Origin: Eledone cirrhosa | Lineage: Eukaryota | Assembly: GCA_964016885.1 (NCBI GenBank) | Contig: OZ024745.1 | Location: 76,012,001-76,076,000 of the forward strand | DNA length: 64,000 nucleotides | Direction: 5' to 3' | In this document: piece by piece, positions 39,716 to 52,186 of the stretch | Numbering within the stretch: position 1 is the stretch's first letter | Layout: the number at the start of each line of letters is the position of its first letter | The notes under the pieces: generated by a model | Told to the model about the DNA's origin: nothing | The model's input: only the letters and a program-made list of their open reading frames with translations | Databases searched by the model: none | Program-made: the position numbers and the translations under genes

Positions 39716-39805
39716 TCCTCTTGATAAGTCGGCAGACCTCGCAAGGACTCTATATCTTTATGATGTATTGTTTTTGTTTATGCCACGAAACTACGTAGTT
39801 GAGGA
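39716..39805 (+). ncRNA. Type-I hammerhead ribozyme with a U3-A8 core variant and GUU cleavage triplet
   Basis: Stem I UCCUC/GAGGA; core UUGAUAA and GAAA; stem II with a ~46-nt loop; palindromic stem III ACUACGUAGU. Confidence 0.72.
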
Positions 39806-40033
39806 ATCTAGGAGCAGTTTAGGTATGATACATTTTATTACTAATTATATCTAAATGTTTCTTCTCTCTTCATAATGTATTTTTAACTCTGATACTGGTT
39901 CAGTCTAGTTCAACCGGATTGGTCTGTCCCAGTCATTCATTGAGCAACATCGGTGAAGTTGGCACCCTTAACTCACGGTTGGGTGCGGATGCATTCATGT
40001 ATATGTGTGTGTCCGCATGTATCTGTGTGTTTC

Positions 40034-40075
<42 letters not shown>

Positions 40076-40539
40076 GTAGAAATATCCGAGACTTCCAGTA
40101 GACAACTGATGAGGACCCCCCCTCCTGTTCTTGCTTTCTTCGTATTCTCACTGCATTTTAAGATATCTTAAATAGCAACTACACAGCCATTTCTATTCTC
40201 TCTCTTTCTCTCTCTATATATAAGGAAAATGATAAAAAAAGGGTTTGAAAGTACACCTGGTATATAAAGGATCTTTATAACATGTACAAAAATTGATGTT
40301 TAGCAAAGCCTGCTTTCTCCATATTGGCTTATCAAAACATTTGTTATTAGGTTAAATTGCTTTTTTCTTGTTAAAACTTCTGCACGCTGATTCTCAACCA
40401 CATTGGTTTGGATTGCTTCTGTCCTTGTTAGTAAGGGATAAAACTGATTTTTTCATTGTTACTTGTGTGTAGAAAAATTATAAACCGTGACAAGGGGCGT
40501 AACTCTACCTTCCTTTAGTGTTGAAAAATTATCTTGTCA

Positions 40540-41090
40540 GTGTGTTCAATCTTGGTTTGAATTTTCTGATAAATATTTTCTCTTTATTAATTCAACCTTT
40601 TTCTGTGATTTCATAACTACATTGGTACAATGGAAAAACGTTTTATCTTTGCATTCTTCTATATGTTTGCTTAGAAGGATCTTTCTAGAATACGGGATTC
40701 TGATTTGCAGCCTGTGGACTGTCATTCTTTGTCGAAGTGTCAGCCCCTAAAAAATTTTTGTGGCAACCATGGCAGGTTATGACATAAATTAACTTTTCCG
40801 ATTTGAATGAGAAGTGATTTCTAATATTGAAGATTGATCTTACTTTTTAAGTGAAAATCATGGCCTTCCCATTTGTAATTGCATGACTACGGAATCAAAG
40901 CTATTCAATACTGGCTAAATGCATTCTCTCTTGAGCTACCAGACCATATTAACAGAAACTTCATCATAGAAAGTATTGAATTCACCCTAAAAAACAATTA
41001 CTTTTTTGATGACTAACAACCCTAAAACATTCTCAATGGGACACAGATTTTAAAAATGAAAACTATTTTTCTCTAGGATGCACTGTTTTC
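40540..41090 (-). mobile_element. Penelope-like element GIY-YIG endonuclease relic (Cys-containing type)
   Basis: With frameshifts: LIYVITCHGCHK, TLRQRMTVHR.QI, LSKHIEEC, FIRKFKPRLN. Confidence 0.7.
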
Positions 41091-41170
41091 AAGCCTTTGA
41101 GAGACATACACATATACACACAAACATTCTCATTTATAGTATATATATATACTATATATAGATATACTAA

Positions 41171-41503
41171 TGGAGGCACATGGCTTAGTGGTTAAAGCAT
41201 TGGCCTTGAAATCGAAAGGTTGTGAGTTCAATTCTCAGACCGGGTGATGTGTTGTTTCCTTGAGCAAGACACTTTATTTCACATTACTCCAGTTTACTCA
41301 GCTGTAGAAATGAGATGATAGGGGCTGGGGTCCATATCATTCCACTGCAAAGTGGTCGTGGAGGTGCCACGGCAAAAAAGCACCCAGCACTCACTGTAAA
41401 TGAGGTTGGTGTTAGGAAGGGCATCCAGCTGTAGAAATCAAGCCAGCATCAGTTCCCGTCCCACCCTTGCAAGCAGGAAAAAAGCGGACGTAAAATGAAA
41501 TGA
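41171..41503 (+). mobile_element. SINE family 1 copy
   Basis: Near-identical to 29927-30263. Confidence 0.9.
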
Positions 41504-41520
41504 ATACATATATATATATA

Positions 41521-42845
41521 CATCATCATCGTTTAATATCTATCTTCCACGCTAGCATGGGTTTAGACGGGAATTGTCCCACTTGAGGCAAGATTGGTTG
41601 TCTTGCTCATATAGGACTGTCTGGCAGGTTTTCTATGGCTGGATGCCCTTGCTAACACCAACCATGTTTACAGTGTGGACTGGGAGGTTTATACTGTGTT
41701 ACCTACACGGCCACATTACAGCATGGACTGTGTGTTTTTTTTTGTCGTGACACCTACACAACCTCATTTATTTAGGACTGGATGTTGTGGTACCAACATA
41801 ACTTTACAGAGAAAGGGGTGGTGTAGATGGGGGTAGTGGGATGGGGGTGTATATTTGGTTAAGAGGTGCCTACTGACTGTAGGTTTCGCTTTGTACTTAG
41901 GCAAGGCGGGTCCTCTGTATTACTGCGTATCGCCAAAGATCTTTGTCCAGTGACATTGTCTTGGGGAGGTGTAAGTGTGTAAGGTTGGCATTTATCAAAT
42001 CGTCCCAGGTTTTTCTGGGTCTGCCTACTCCGTAGCTTCCATCAATTTTGATCACCCTGTACTTTTTTATACAGCTGTCGTCTTTCATGTGCATCACATG
42101 ACCATACCAACGTAGTCTTCTCTCGAGTAAACAGCATCTGATCCCTCTTATTCCTAATATCTCACTTAGTTCATTTATGCTTTGCCGTTCACGTATATTA
42201 TTATTACACATCCAGCGGAGCATGCACTCTTCGTTCCTCTCCAGTCTGTGCAGATCCTCTGCACACAATGCCCATGTCTCACTGCCATGTAACATTGCTG
42301 TTCGTATGCAGGCATCATACAGTCAGCCTTTCATTTTTAGAGAGAACCCTTTAGCAGCTAATAGTGGTATAAGCTCTCCGAACTTTTTCCATCCTGTTCT
42401 GACTCTGGCTACTGTACTTTCAGAGCACCCTCCACCACTGCTGATTTTGTCACCCAGGTAACGAAAGGTGTCCACTATTTCTATAGAACCATCTGGGCAA
42501 TGGAAGGAGCTAGTATCCTGTGGGCACTTGCTACTTATTGCACCTGAGCACCGCCCACATATAAAATCTATGTTCTTAGTTAGCTTACCTGTGATCCCAC
42601 TACATCTTATATGCACCCATACTCTGCATTTGGGACATAAAATGGAGTTTCTGCCTACTCCTTTCCTACACTCTGAGCATGGCCATTTCCCAGAGGGGAC
42701 CAGTGCCCTATTTTCCTTCCTACATACTAGAACTTTAGTCTTAGACAAGTTAACTTTAAGGCCTTTTGATTCTAGGCCATGCTTCCAAGTTTGGAATTTC
42801 TTCTCTAGTTCAGCGTTAGATCATCTGCATATAGAAGTTCCCATA
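41521..42845 (-). mobile_element. RTE family A 3' fragment
   Basis: ORFs 42323-42748 and 41897-42295, then the family-A 3' UTR. Confidence 0.9.
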
Positions 42846-42907
42846 TATATATATATGTATATATATATATTATAAAAAAGAAAATTTTGCTCTACATGGC
42901 TGAATAC

Positions 42908-43116
42908 AATAAATGTAATCTGAGTTTTTTGAATATTAATAATAAAATTCGATTCGTTTGCAATTATGCAACTGCAGTTCAGTTCGCATGCCAACACAAG
43001 AGCAAGAATGAAGGGTTCATTCTACTGACATGGCTATAAAATTGAGGCTTGTTTGCATAATTGCAAATGAATCGAATGTTATTATTAATATTCGAAAAAC
43101 TCAGATTACATTTATT
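42908..43116. repeat. Fold-back with ~65-bp arms, between (TA)n tracts
   Basis: AATAAATGTAATCTGAGTTTTT...TTGCAATTATGCAA / TTGCATAATTGCAAA...AAAAACTCAGATTACATTTATT. Confidence 0.8.
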
Positions 43117-43231
43117 ATATATATATTTATATGTATATATATGTTGGTGTTAGGAAGGGCATCCAGCTGTAGAAATCAAGCCAAAATCAGTTCCCGTCCC
43201 ACCCTTGCAAGCAGGGAAAAGCGGACAAAAA

Positions 43232-43271
<40 letters not shown>

Positions 43272-43274
<3 letters not shown>

Positions 43275-43784
43275 CTCTCGAATGAAACAGTTCTTATCCT
43301 GTAGAAGCCATTTCTATATTAAATATCTATACTCTACTATGTATCTTACTTACTATGTACCTTACTTACTGTGGTTACCCCCCCCCCAATTGATCCCGAG
43401 ATAAACATATATATATATATATATATGTTTATCCCGGGTTCAATAATATTTAATATATCTTTGTTTTTGTTGTTGTTCTTTTATCTGTCCAATATTTTGG
43501 AACCTAAAAGTCCCTTCATCAGGGTTTCAGGAACTTTCAGTAGCTAATGTTCCAATTTCTTCTCTTTGGGATAAACATTTTGATTTTGATTTAAATTTTT
43601 CTAAGTGGTTTTCAAGCATTTTTTAATGGTTATTTTGTATATATATATATGTGTGTGTGTGTGAGTCCCAGGTTCAATCCGGGGGTAACCACAGTAAATA
43701 AGGTACTCAATACATAGTAGAGTATATGCAAACTTTAATATAGAAATGGCTTCTACAGGACTAGAACTGTTTCATTCGAAGGAA
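43272..43784. repeat. ~125-bp imperfect inverted pair (43272-43400 / 43666-43784)
   Basis: GAATGAAACAGTTCT...CTGTGGTTACCCCC versus its reverse complement. Confidence 0.75.
43489..43524 (-). ncRNA. Degenerate minimal hammerhead motif
   Basis: CC-CUGAUGA-A-GGGAC UUUUA GGUUCC-aAAAUAUU^GG; G12 is mutated. Confidence 0.4.
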
Positions 43785-43911
43785 ATAATCAGGAAAGTCA
43801 ACTGTCATTGTGGTATTTATATGTTTTCTGGTGGTTGGGGAAGGTGGTGATTAGGGATTTTACCAAAGAACAGGGATTCTTTGAAAAAACTATTTTTAGA
43901 AATATACTGAA

Positions 43912-44257
43912 ATCATCATCATCATCATTTCATTTTACGTCCGTTTTTTCCCTGCTTGCAAGGGTGGGACGGGAACTGATTCTGGATTGATTTCTACAGC
44001 TGGATGCCCTTCCTAACACCAACCTCATTTACAGTGAGTGCTGGGTGCTTTTTTGCCGTGGCACCTCCACGACCACTTTGCAGTGGAATGATAGGGACCC
44101 CAGTCCCTATCATCTCATTTCTACAGCTGAGTAAACTGCAGCAATGTGAAATAAAGTGTCTTGCTCAAGGAAACAACACATCACCCGGTCTGAGAATTGA
44201 ACTCACAACCTTTCGATTGCAAGGCCAATCCCCTAACCACTAAGCCATGTGCCTCCA
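43912..44257 (-). mobile_element. SINE family 1 copy
   Basis: Reverse complement of family 1. Confidence 0.9.
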
Positions 44258-44830
44258 TATATAAAAAGCATTCACACTTAAGTACCTATACACTCACACT
44301 TTTTTAAGGTTCATTTATTTTAAGTAAACAAAGGGATTTCATTAAGTGGCTATATTGTCATGCTTTGGCTAAAGAAATTTTGGTATCCAATGGGTTATTG
44401 ACACCTGTCAAATATTGCTTTTAGAAAACAGGAAGACAAAAAACAAGATGGTGTAGGACAGAACAAAGGAGAGACACAAAATAACAAATCAGTTAATGGA
44501 AGGTTGTACCAGAAGACATCCTCTTGTGATGGGCGAAATATATGCAATAGGGTAATATACAAACTTACCCAAAAGTACCAAGAAACTATAAAACTGCTAT
44601 TTTAATTTATGCTAGATTTCCTCCAGCATTTTCATTTTAGTTATTTTATAACCCTGTATATAAATATTTTACATACACACACACACACACATATATCATA
44701 ATACACCTGGTTGTGGTGGGGCTGATAACGTTGTTAGAACTCAATGTATCCTTGGAAGGATAGTTGTAGCGAGGTTCGGCAGTGTCACCAGTAGTTTTCC
44801 AGGTTACAGAGTCATTTACATATATGTATT

Positions 44831-44982
44831 TGTGCATATAACAATAAAAAAACAGAAGTCAGAAGTAGGTAGATAGGTAGTTTATTGTTTTACGATCGTT
44901 TCAGACCCTCTGAAACGACCGTAAAACAATTACCTAATTATCTACCTACGCACTACTTCTGTTTTTTTTTTGTTCTATGCAC
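44831..44982. repeat. Short fold-back centred next to a hammerhead 3' half
   Basis: ATTGTTTTACGATCGTTTCAG-ACCCT-CTGAAACGACCGTAAAACAAT. Confidence 0.75.
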
Positions 44983-45858
44983 ACACACACACACACACAC
45001 ATATATATGCATAACTTATAAGTATAGTATTCATTTACAACTAATACACGACATAGTCGCTGATGCATACATGCATGTACGTATGATTATATGTATGAAG
45101 GCTTCTGAACACCTGTGTATTTTATATAACTCTTTGCCTATGTGCAGCAGGTGATATTGTATGTATGCATATACGTATGTCTGTGTGTATAATTGAGTAT
45201 ATATATTAATATTTAAAGGTTGAAATAAAGAAATATGTTTAAAAATAATTTCATTCAGTTCTATAGACAGCGAGATATATTTGCCTACACACATACGCAC
45301 ACAATTGTAAATATACCGATGTAGAAACAAATACTCCCAAAGTTGTATATATACACACATACACGCACACATATACATACAGATTATATATATATATATA
45401 CATACATATATATATACATATATATATACATACATATATATATATATATGTGTGTGTTGGGGTAAAAAAATACACGCACACACACACGTGTTTGCATGTA
45501 TATGTTTTACCCACACACACATATATATGTATAAAATTTTAGTTTTTAAACAGAGTAAATCAAATCCAAACGCCCAACCAAGCCAAGCAACTAAACAAGT
45601 GTCAACAACCACAACTATAACCACATACACCATTACGAATACCTATGAATGTTTACTCTTCCTTTTCCCCCATTAATATTACCGACGACACCATCAACAC
45701 TTAAGAAGCTCCACTATGCTTTTCTTTGTCTTCTTTCTTCCTTAATGTTATTGATTATCTCTGTCACTGTTAAGAAAGAGAGAGAGAAAGAATGAAATAA
45801 AGAGAGAGAGAGGGAAAGAAAGAAAGAGAGAAAGAGAGAGAGAGAGAGGAAGAGAGAG

Positions 45859-45889
<31 letters not shown>

Positions 45890-47255
45890 GAAAGAAAAGA
45901 AAAAAAATACGTGTTTTGTATATGAACTGAATAAACTTGCGCGGCACCACATTAACAAGCTGCCATCTGTTCAACAGCTCCACAGAGATGGAATGGTGCT
46001 TCCGCACTATTTGCTCTCATAAAAATATCTCTTCCATAACACTTGGATTTTGCGTAATGGAAGACTGTTGTGAGGAAGAAACAGAAAAAAAAGATAATAA
46101 AAAGTAACAAACAAATGAAAAGAGAGTAAATTAGAGAAGTATCAGAAGAATATTAACAGCAATAACAATTATATATTTAAAAAAAAAGTAATAACTGGTA
46201 TACACTATCTGGTTTTTGTTTTTGACTCTTTCTATCACGCAGTTCCCTATTTCACCCTCTTTCTCTGTCTGTAGGTCTATCTATCTATCTATTTATCTTC
46301 TATCTAACTATCTATCTATCTGTCTGTCTGTCTATCTGCCTGCCTGTCTGTCTGTACGCCTGTTTGTCCATGTAACCAACTATTTAACTATCAATATTTC
46401 TATCTTCTTAAATACCTATTTATTTATTTTATTTTATATTTTTTTTAAAGATTGAGTGCTAAGCTGGTGTTTTATTTTGGATTTTTTTTAAAGTGAAAAT
46501 CGTCTTGATATAACTTCGGAATTGTTTACCTTTGAATAATATTGAGAACAAAAAAAGAAAGAAAAGAAAAGATGAGAGTATGACAGACAGTTAACTGATA
46601 AACTTCCAACAAATCTAGTAGTGATTCCATAAAACAAAACAAACGCTCACCTCCAGCCACACACACACACACACATGTTAAATAACTGATGTGCTATCGA
46701 TTAAATAAATTTTAGAAAAATATTTTTTATATTTTCTTTTAATATTTTAACTTGAAATTCTAATAGCTTTAAAGACTTTTATTAAAACATTGTTTGATTT
46801 CATTTAAAAATTATAAAAACACACACAAAAAGCCCCCCCCCCCCCCAAAAAAAAAACAGGCAAGGTTAATTGAGGTACTTATGAAGATAGTAATTAGTGT
46901 TCAAAATAATTGTTTTTTGTTTATATTGAAACAAACTTCCCCTGCAGGGTAATAAATAATTTTGTTGTATTTTCTACTGTAAAATAAGAAGTAAGCTCTC
47001 TGCAAATCAAATCCACCACTTGCTATATATTCTATCAAGCTAAATACGTTTCTCTGTCGCTTTCATCATTAATTCTTCCCACTAAATAGTATCTAATTTG
47101 TTTTCGCGAAGGAGGGGCCTTGCATCAAATTATAGAAAGAAATATAATCTACTTCATAGAAATAAACAATGTTCTATTACATTTGATTCATTCATTAAAA
47201 AAAAAAAGTTATTGAGTTATAGAATGTAATCAATTTTTCTACTCATTACACACAC

Positions 47256-47299
<44 letters not shown>

Positions 47300-47667
47300 A
47301 ATATATATATGTATATATATCATGTTTGCTCCAAGTGGAACCACTTCAGTAACTAGGAATAGTTTTGGCTGTCAAATTGATCAATTTTCATCTTCTTAAA
47401 AGTTAAAATCTTTTTTTTGTCAGTGTAAAAAGTCTCTGTTGGTTTTCATGAGAGAAGTTATCACCTTTACCCTTTTACACGTCTGCCTGTCTCTCGCTCT
47501 ATAAATTTATATATACATACACCCACACATATATATATATATTATATATATATATACACACACACATACCCCTCCCCATATATATATATATATTTATGTC
47601 TTTTTATTTACTTGGGCTACCTTTTATTTTCTGTATCTGTCCTTTGTGATACTGTCTCTATTTTTGT

Positions 47668-47703
47668 ACTCCTGCAGAAGGGCTAAAGCCCGACACGTCG
47701 AAC
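47668..47703 (+). ncRNA. Decayed minimal hammerhead motif
   Basis: ACUC-CUGcAGA-A-GGGC UAAA GCCC-GAcACGUC^GA; two core mutations. Confidence 0.4.
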
Positions 47704-47775
47704 TTTCTTTCTCATTTTCCATACAAAGCGTGAAACTAATAATACTTTTTGTACCTCTATTTTGTCGTTTCCTTG

Positions 47776-47852
<77 letters not shown>

Positions 47853-48338
47853 CACATACATATAAACATTCTTTCTCATGCATGCACTGACACATACACA
47901 CATTTATGAATTTATGAACAAAAAAAAAAATGAAGAAAAATCATTGAATAACTATTTTTCTGATATCTTATTCGAATATTATGAAAATAAATAAGATAGC
48001 TGTATATGTAGTGAGACAAGTTTACAACATTACAAAACAAGTATACTTCTAAACAATGAGAGAAATTGCTACTAATATGAATATGCCAATGCTGGTGCCG
48101 GTGCCAGCACCAAGGAAATACAAATGCCGATGAACGGATTACAGTTAGATTTGATTTCAATTACACAACCTCGTGCTTATGGTGATGAGTAACAAGAACA
48201 GAATGGGCCTGACGCAGTGGATAAAACAACCAGATATGGAGGGAATTGTTTCATAGCTTACAAGACGAGAACAACAATTAATTGACTGTTGTTATTATTT
48301 TTTTTTTAAACGGCAAACATTTGAGGACAAAATCTGGT

Positions 48339-48421
48339 ATGAAGTCCTCTATCCAAGGAAGAGTGTACAACTTTTTAGAAAGACCAACCGGATGGAGGTG
48401 TTTTATTTATCACTTCACTGT
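48339..48421 (+). CDS. KCNQ1: KCNQ1-type (Kv7.1-like) voltage-gated potassium channel, exon encoding the pre-S1 helix and start of S1
   Basis: [28 protein letters not shown] matches KCNQ1 [24 protein letters not shown]. Phase-2 GTAAGT donor at 48422, at the same position as vertebrate KCNQ1 intron 1. The 5' boundary is uncertain. Confidence 0.9.
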
Positions 48422-48548
48422 GTAAGTAATTGCAATATTTACATTTCTATCTAATTTGTTGTTGTTGTTGTTGTTGTTGGTCTTCTTCTTCTTCTTCTTC
48501 TTCTTGTGTTCAACTATTGAAGGTAAAGTTTGTTAGTTTCTTATCAAA

Positions 48549-48870
48549 CTACACCATCTTATTTTTGTGCGTTGTGTAGCACACAGCACACAAAAACAAG
48601 ATGGTGTAGGACAGAACAAATGAGAGACACAAAATAAAAACCCAGTCATTAAGGAGGTCACAGAATGTGTGACGAAAGAGCTTTGACAATAAATAAACAA
48701 CCATCCGGTTATCGAACCAACCAGCCGGAAATTTATAATAAATTGAAGTGAAAACCAACAGGTGCATGTGATTTTATTGGCAGCATAACCCTCCCAAAGT
48801 ATAACAATATCTGTTGCAACACACATTTTCAGATAAGAAATCTTACAAAGCAATTTCAAAAACGAAGTAT
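48549..48870 (+). mobile_element. Older copy of family F1 with a short 5' fold-back; hammerhead core decayed
   Basis: Aligns with 18530-18850. CTACACCATCTTATTTTTGTG / CACAAAAACAAGATGGTGTAG inversion at the 5' end. Confidence 0.75.
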
Positions 48871-49272
48871 TTATATATATATATATCATCATCATCATCA
48901 TCATTACCGTTTTATGTCCATTTTCCATGCTAGCATGGGTTAGACGAATTTTCCTGTTGTAGGCAATGCTAGGTCAGGTGACCATGTCTTGCTCATACAG
49001 AACTGATTTTGGCTTGGTTTCTACAGCTGAATGCCCTTCCTAACGCAAACCTTATTTACAGTGAGTACTGGGTGCTTTTTGTTGTGTCATCTACATGACC
49101 ACTTTACAGTGTGGACTGGGTGCTTTTTGTTTTGCACCTACACGATCACTTTGCAGTAGGAGGGTGGGGTGGGTGTCATACTGCGTATGTGCTTCAGCTT
49201 TGGCCTGTGCTTGTGGGAAGTCTGGTCTCTCATCACTCTTTACTTTCTATTTATCTTCTATTTCTAACTCTA

Positions 49273-49308
49273 TCTTCTGATGAAGGACTAGTGTCCGAAA
49301 CATTAAGA
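49273..49308 (+). ncRNA. Minimal type-I hammerhead motif (Penelope pLTR-like)
   Basis: UCUU-CUGAUGA-A-GGAC UAGU GUCC-GAAACAUU^AAGA. Confidence 0.6.
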
Positions 49309-49411
49309 CACTCCTCCTGCTATTTCAAGAGTTAAATTAATATATTTCTTTCATGTACTGTGCCATTTGTTTTGTTATTTCTGTTTACCTTTTACACACA
49401 CACACACATAT

Positions 49412-50160
49412 ATATTGTCAACTGCTACAAGGATAAAGGAGATGCACTAGATAGAGGAAACTATAGAGGCATCAAGCTGATGGACCAGGTCATGAAAGTA
49501 ACAGCTGATGAGAGACCGGCTAAATCTAGACGAGATGCAATTTGGATTTGTACCAGGCAAAAAACACCACTGATTCTCTCTTCCTGGTGAGGCAGTTACA
49601 GGAAAAGTACCTTGCTAAAAGTAAGCCGTTCTACCTGGCATTTGTCGATCTGGAAAAACCTTTCGACAAAGTGCCCTGCATAATAATCTGGTGGGCTCTT
49701 AGAAAACTAGGAGTAGATGAGTGGCTTATGAAGGCTGTACAAGCCATGTATAATGGCGCTGTCAGCAAAGTGAGGATTAACAATGACTATAGCAAGGAAT
49801 TGAGTGTGCAGGTTGGCGTCCACCAGGGCTCTGTTATTAGCCCTCTCCTGTTTATTATTGCAAGCAGGGAATGGCGGACGTAAAATGATGATGATGATGC
49901 AGGCTATAACAGAGGAGTTTAAGACCGACTGCCTGTGGGAACTCCTGTATATGGATGATCTCAGACTCATAGTGGAATCTATGGTGGAACTGGAGAAGAA
50001 ATTCCAAACATGGAAGCAGGGCCTAGAAAAAAGGGGTCTTAAAGTCGATGGAAGCCATGGAGTGGGGAGTCTCAGGAAGACTTGGGACGAGGTGATAAAA
50101 GCTGACCTTGCCCAATTGCACCTCTCAAAGACAGAGACACAGGCCTGGGATGAAGCATAT
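49412..50160 (+). mobile_element. Degenerate RTE RT fragments with internal deletions and an inserted RTE tail
   Basis: NYRGIKL, FVDLEK.FD, GVHQGS, ELLYMDD. Confidence 0.85.
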
Positions 50161-50295
50161 ATATAATACTAGACCACCCGTGACCCGTTGGGTCATGTTC
50201 ACTTAATAATATTTTTTTTTAAATATAAAAAAAAAATCATGTTCCCTTAAAAATAATTTTTAAATAATTAAAATATACACAGACATGTATATAAT

Positions 50296-51400
50296 ACTAG
50301 CAGTGTATCCTGGTGTTGCACGGGTAAGAACATTGGTAATAGCACCACCAATGAGAAACGTTTATTTGTGAGTGCCTCACGAAAATATACCGACAGGAAA
50401 CTTGTTTTATTTTAAGAAAATTAAGAAGTTGAAAGTACAGTTTAGCTGTCTACGTGCATTGTTCATAGAAATATTGTTGAGCCCCTTCTTTTCATACTCC
50501 TCTGTGTTGGCCTCTTGGAGTAAATGTGAAAGAGAAAGTCACAGGTTAAGTTGGCAGAAGGTTCCAGTTTCATAGCAGTAAGGCGTAGGCTACTTACCTC
50601 AAAAGTTCATTCGCACTCTTTCCACTAAGTTACTCTTTCTCTCTATCCCTCTCGGTGCAGTCCCTTGCGAATTTCTCGTGTAGGCCTGGTGTAGATTTGC
50701 ACCCGATTCATCTACCCTATGCACATGTCCGCTTTGTACGGCTTTTAGAGGAAGGAGTGACCAGCAGTACATTGTTTGGTATTATTACGAAAAAGTGTAG
50801 CAGAGAATCCCGCGTGAAGTAACAGCTCGGGAAGAAACTGCTTCTCTCGAAGATTCATTCTCCATCGTTCTTGTAACGCTCTGTTTAGTTGGTATTTGTT
50901 GGTCTACAGTTAGATGAATGGTGCACAAAGGGTTAATGTTTATTGGCAAGAAGTGGCAACCGGGCTAGCTTGCCTTGCTTATATTATATATCAAAATAAC
51001 AGATTAAAGTTTAAGCAAAGAATCACTGCTTTCACCCTTAACAGGATCTTTTGAAACTAAAAAAATCAATCTGTGAACGCAGAAGTAAATATTTCTAAAA
51101 ACGTTGCAACCGAAGGAAAACAGGAAGACGATACTTTGGTTCGTGAAGACGTTCCCTGGCAATGAACGAAAAATAGCGAACATATACGTCATTAATGTTT
51201 GTCATAATGTCGAAATGCAGACATATTATAAGGGCGCGACGGAGATTGATAACCAGCGCCTAACACCCCTTTAACAACAGAAAATTGAAAAATAAAAGCT
51301 GCAGTTAATATCTTTAGACCGCAAGGAATATATAAATTCAAGTTTGAAGTCAATCGGTGTAGAAATGTGGATTTGTATAGACTTTGCAAAAATATATACA
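50296..51400 (+). mobile_element. Possible non-autonomous Helitron/Helentron-type element
   Basis: 5' TACTAGCAGTGTATCCTGGTGTTGCACGGG and 3' CAAGTTTGAAGTCAATCGG resemble the ends of HINE/DINE-like elements. No coding evidence. Confidence 0.35.
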
Positions 51401-51557
51401 TATATATACGATATTAAATAAATACTTGTTGAGTGCTTTTATATCAGTTATAAATATTTACTCGTTGTAACCCAACAATTTAAATAAAACTTTACATATA
51501 TATATATGTGTGTATATATATATGTGGGTGTCTGTGATCTATATACACTGGTCATAG

Positions 51558-51590
<33 letters not shown>

Positions 51591-52186
51591 CACAACAACA
51601 CCACCACCAGCTCTCTCTTCCATTCTCCTTCTCTGTCTCCTCTCCCTCTTTCTGTCTCTCTTTCAATCTACTCTCTCACAACCACAGTCTCTTTCTCTCT
51701 ATCCTTCTCTCTCTCTATTTATAAGAAAACCCCATATCTCGGGAACCTGTGCTTTGATTTACGTGAAACTTGTTTTATTCCATTTGTATTCCCATTTCAG
51801 GGGCAACTTCCTTTCAAAGTATTTTCCCATTATGCGCCCTTTTGGCTGTATTACATTACAGACAAGCAAGCAAGCAATCACACACTTTTAGATATATATA
51901 GATATATAATATGTTGTTTTAACGTCTGCTTTCCCTGCTCAGAAGGGTTGAATGGGTATACATAGACCAAGTCAGTACTTAAGTCCCAGATAAGTCAGAG
52001 ACCTGTCATCTTGCATATGTACAGTCTCATGTTTTACTGAGTGCACAGGATATGTTATCATGTTTTTAACACAACTGAGGGTCCTCCCAACTCTTTGTTT
52101 GGAAAGCTTTGTATGGGTGGATGTCCTTCCTATCACTAACCACTTTACAGCGTGTACTGGGTGCATTTATTGTGTAGATTACCAAC

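Larger units (their letters stand above)
38618..40040. mobile_element. Candidate retrozyme R593: head-to-head inverted, longer-than-unit arrays of a 593-nt hammerhead-containing monomer in (TA)n
   Basis: Minus arm 38618-39260 and plus arm 39261-40040. Sequence recurs at a 593-nt period in both arms (38618/39211; 39261/39854). No protein homology. Confidence 0.8.

Noticed and set aside
38639-40101. Duplicated 104-aa and 64-aa ORFs as genes
   Set aside because: They start at non-ATG codons, show no recognisable motifs, and are duplicated only because the repeat is.
40105-40135. CTGATGAGGA...TCC hammerhead start
   Set aside because: No GAAA or stem III follows.
44646-46080. Possible upstream KCNQ exon or promoter, or a small minus-strand exon
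   Set aside because: Unique-looking sequence, but no recognisable protein motif or convincing splice-site pair.
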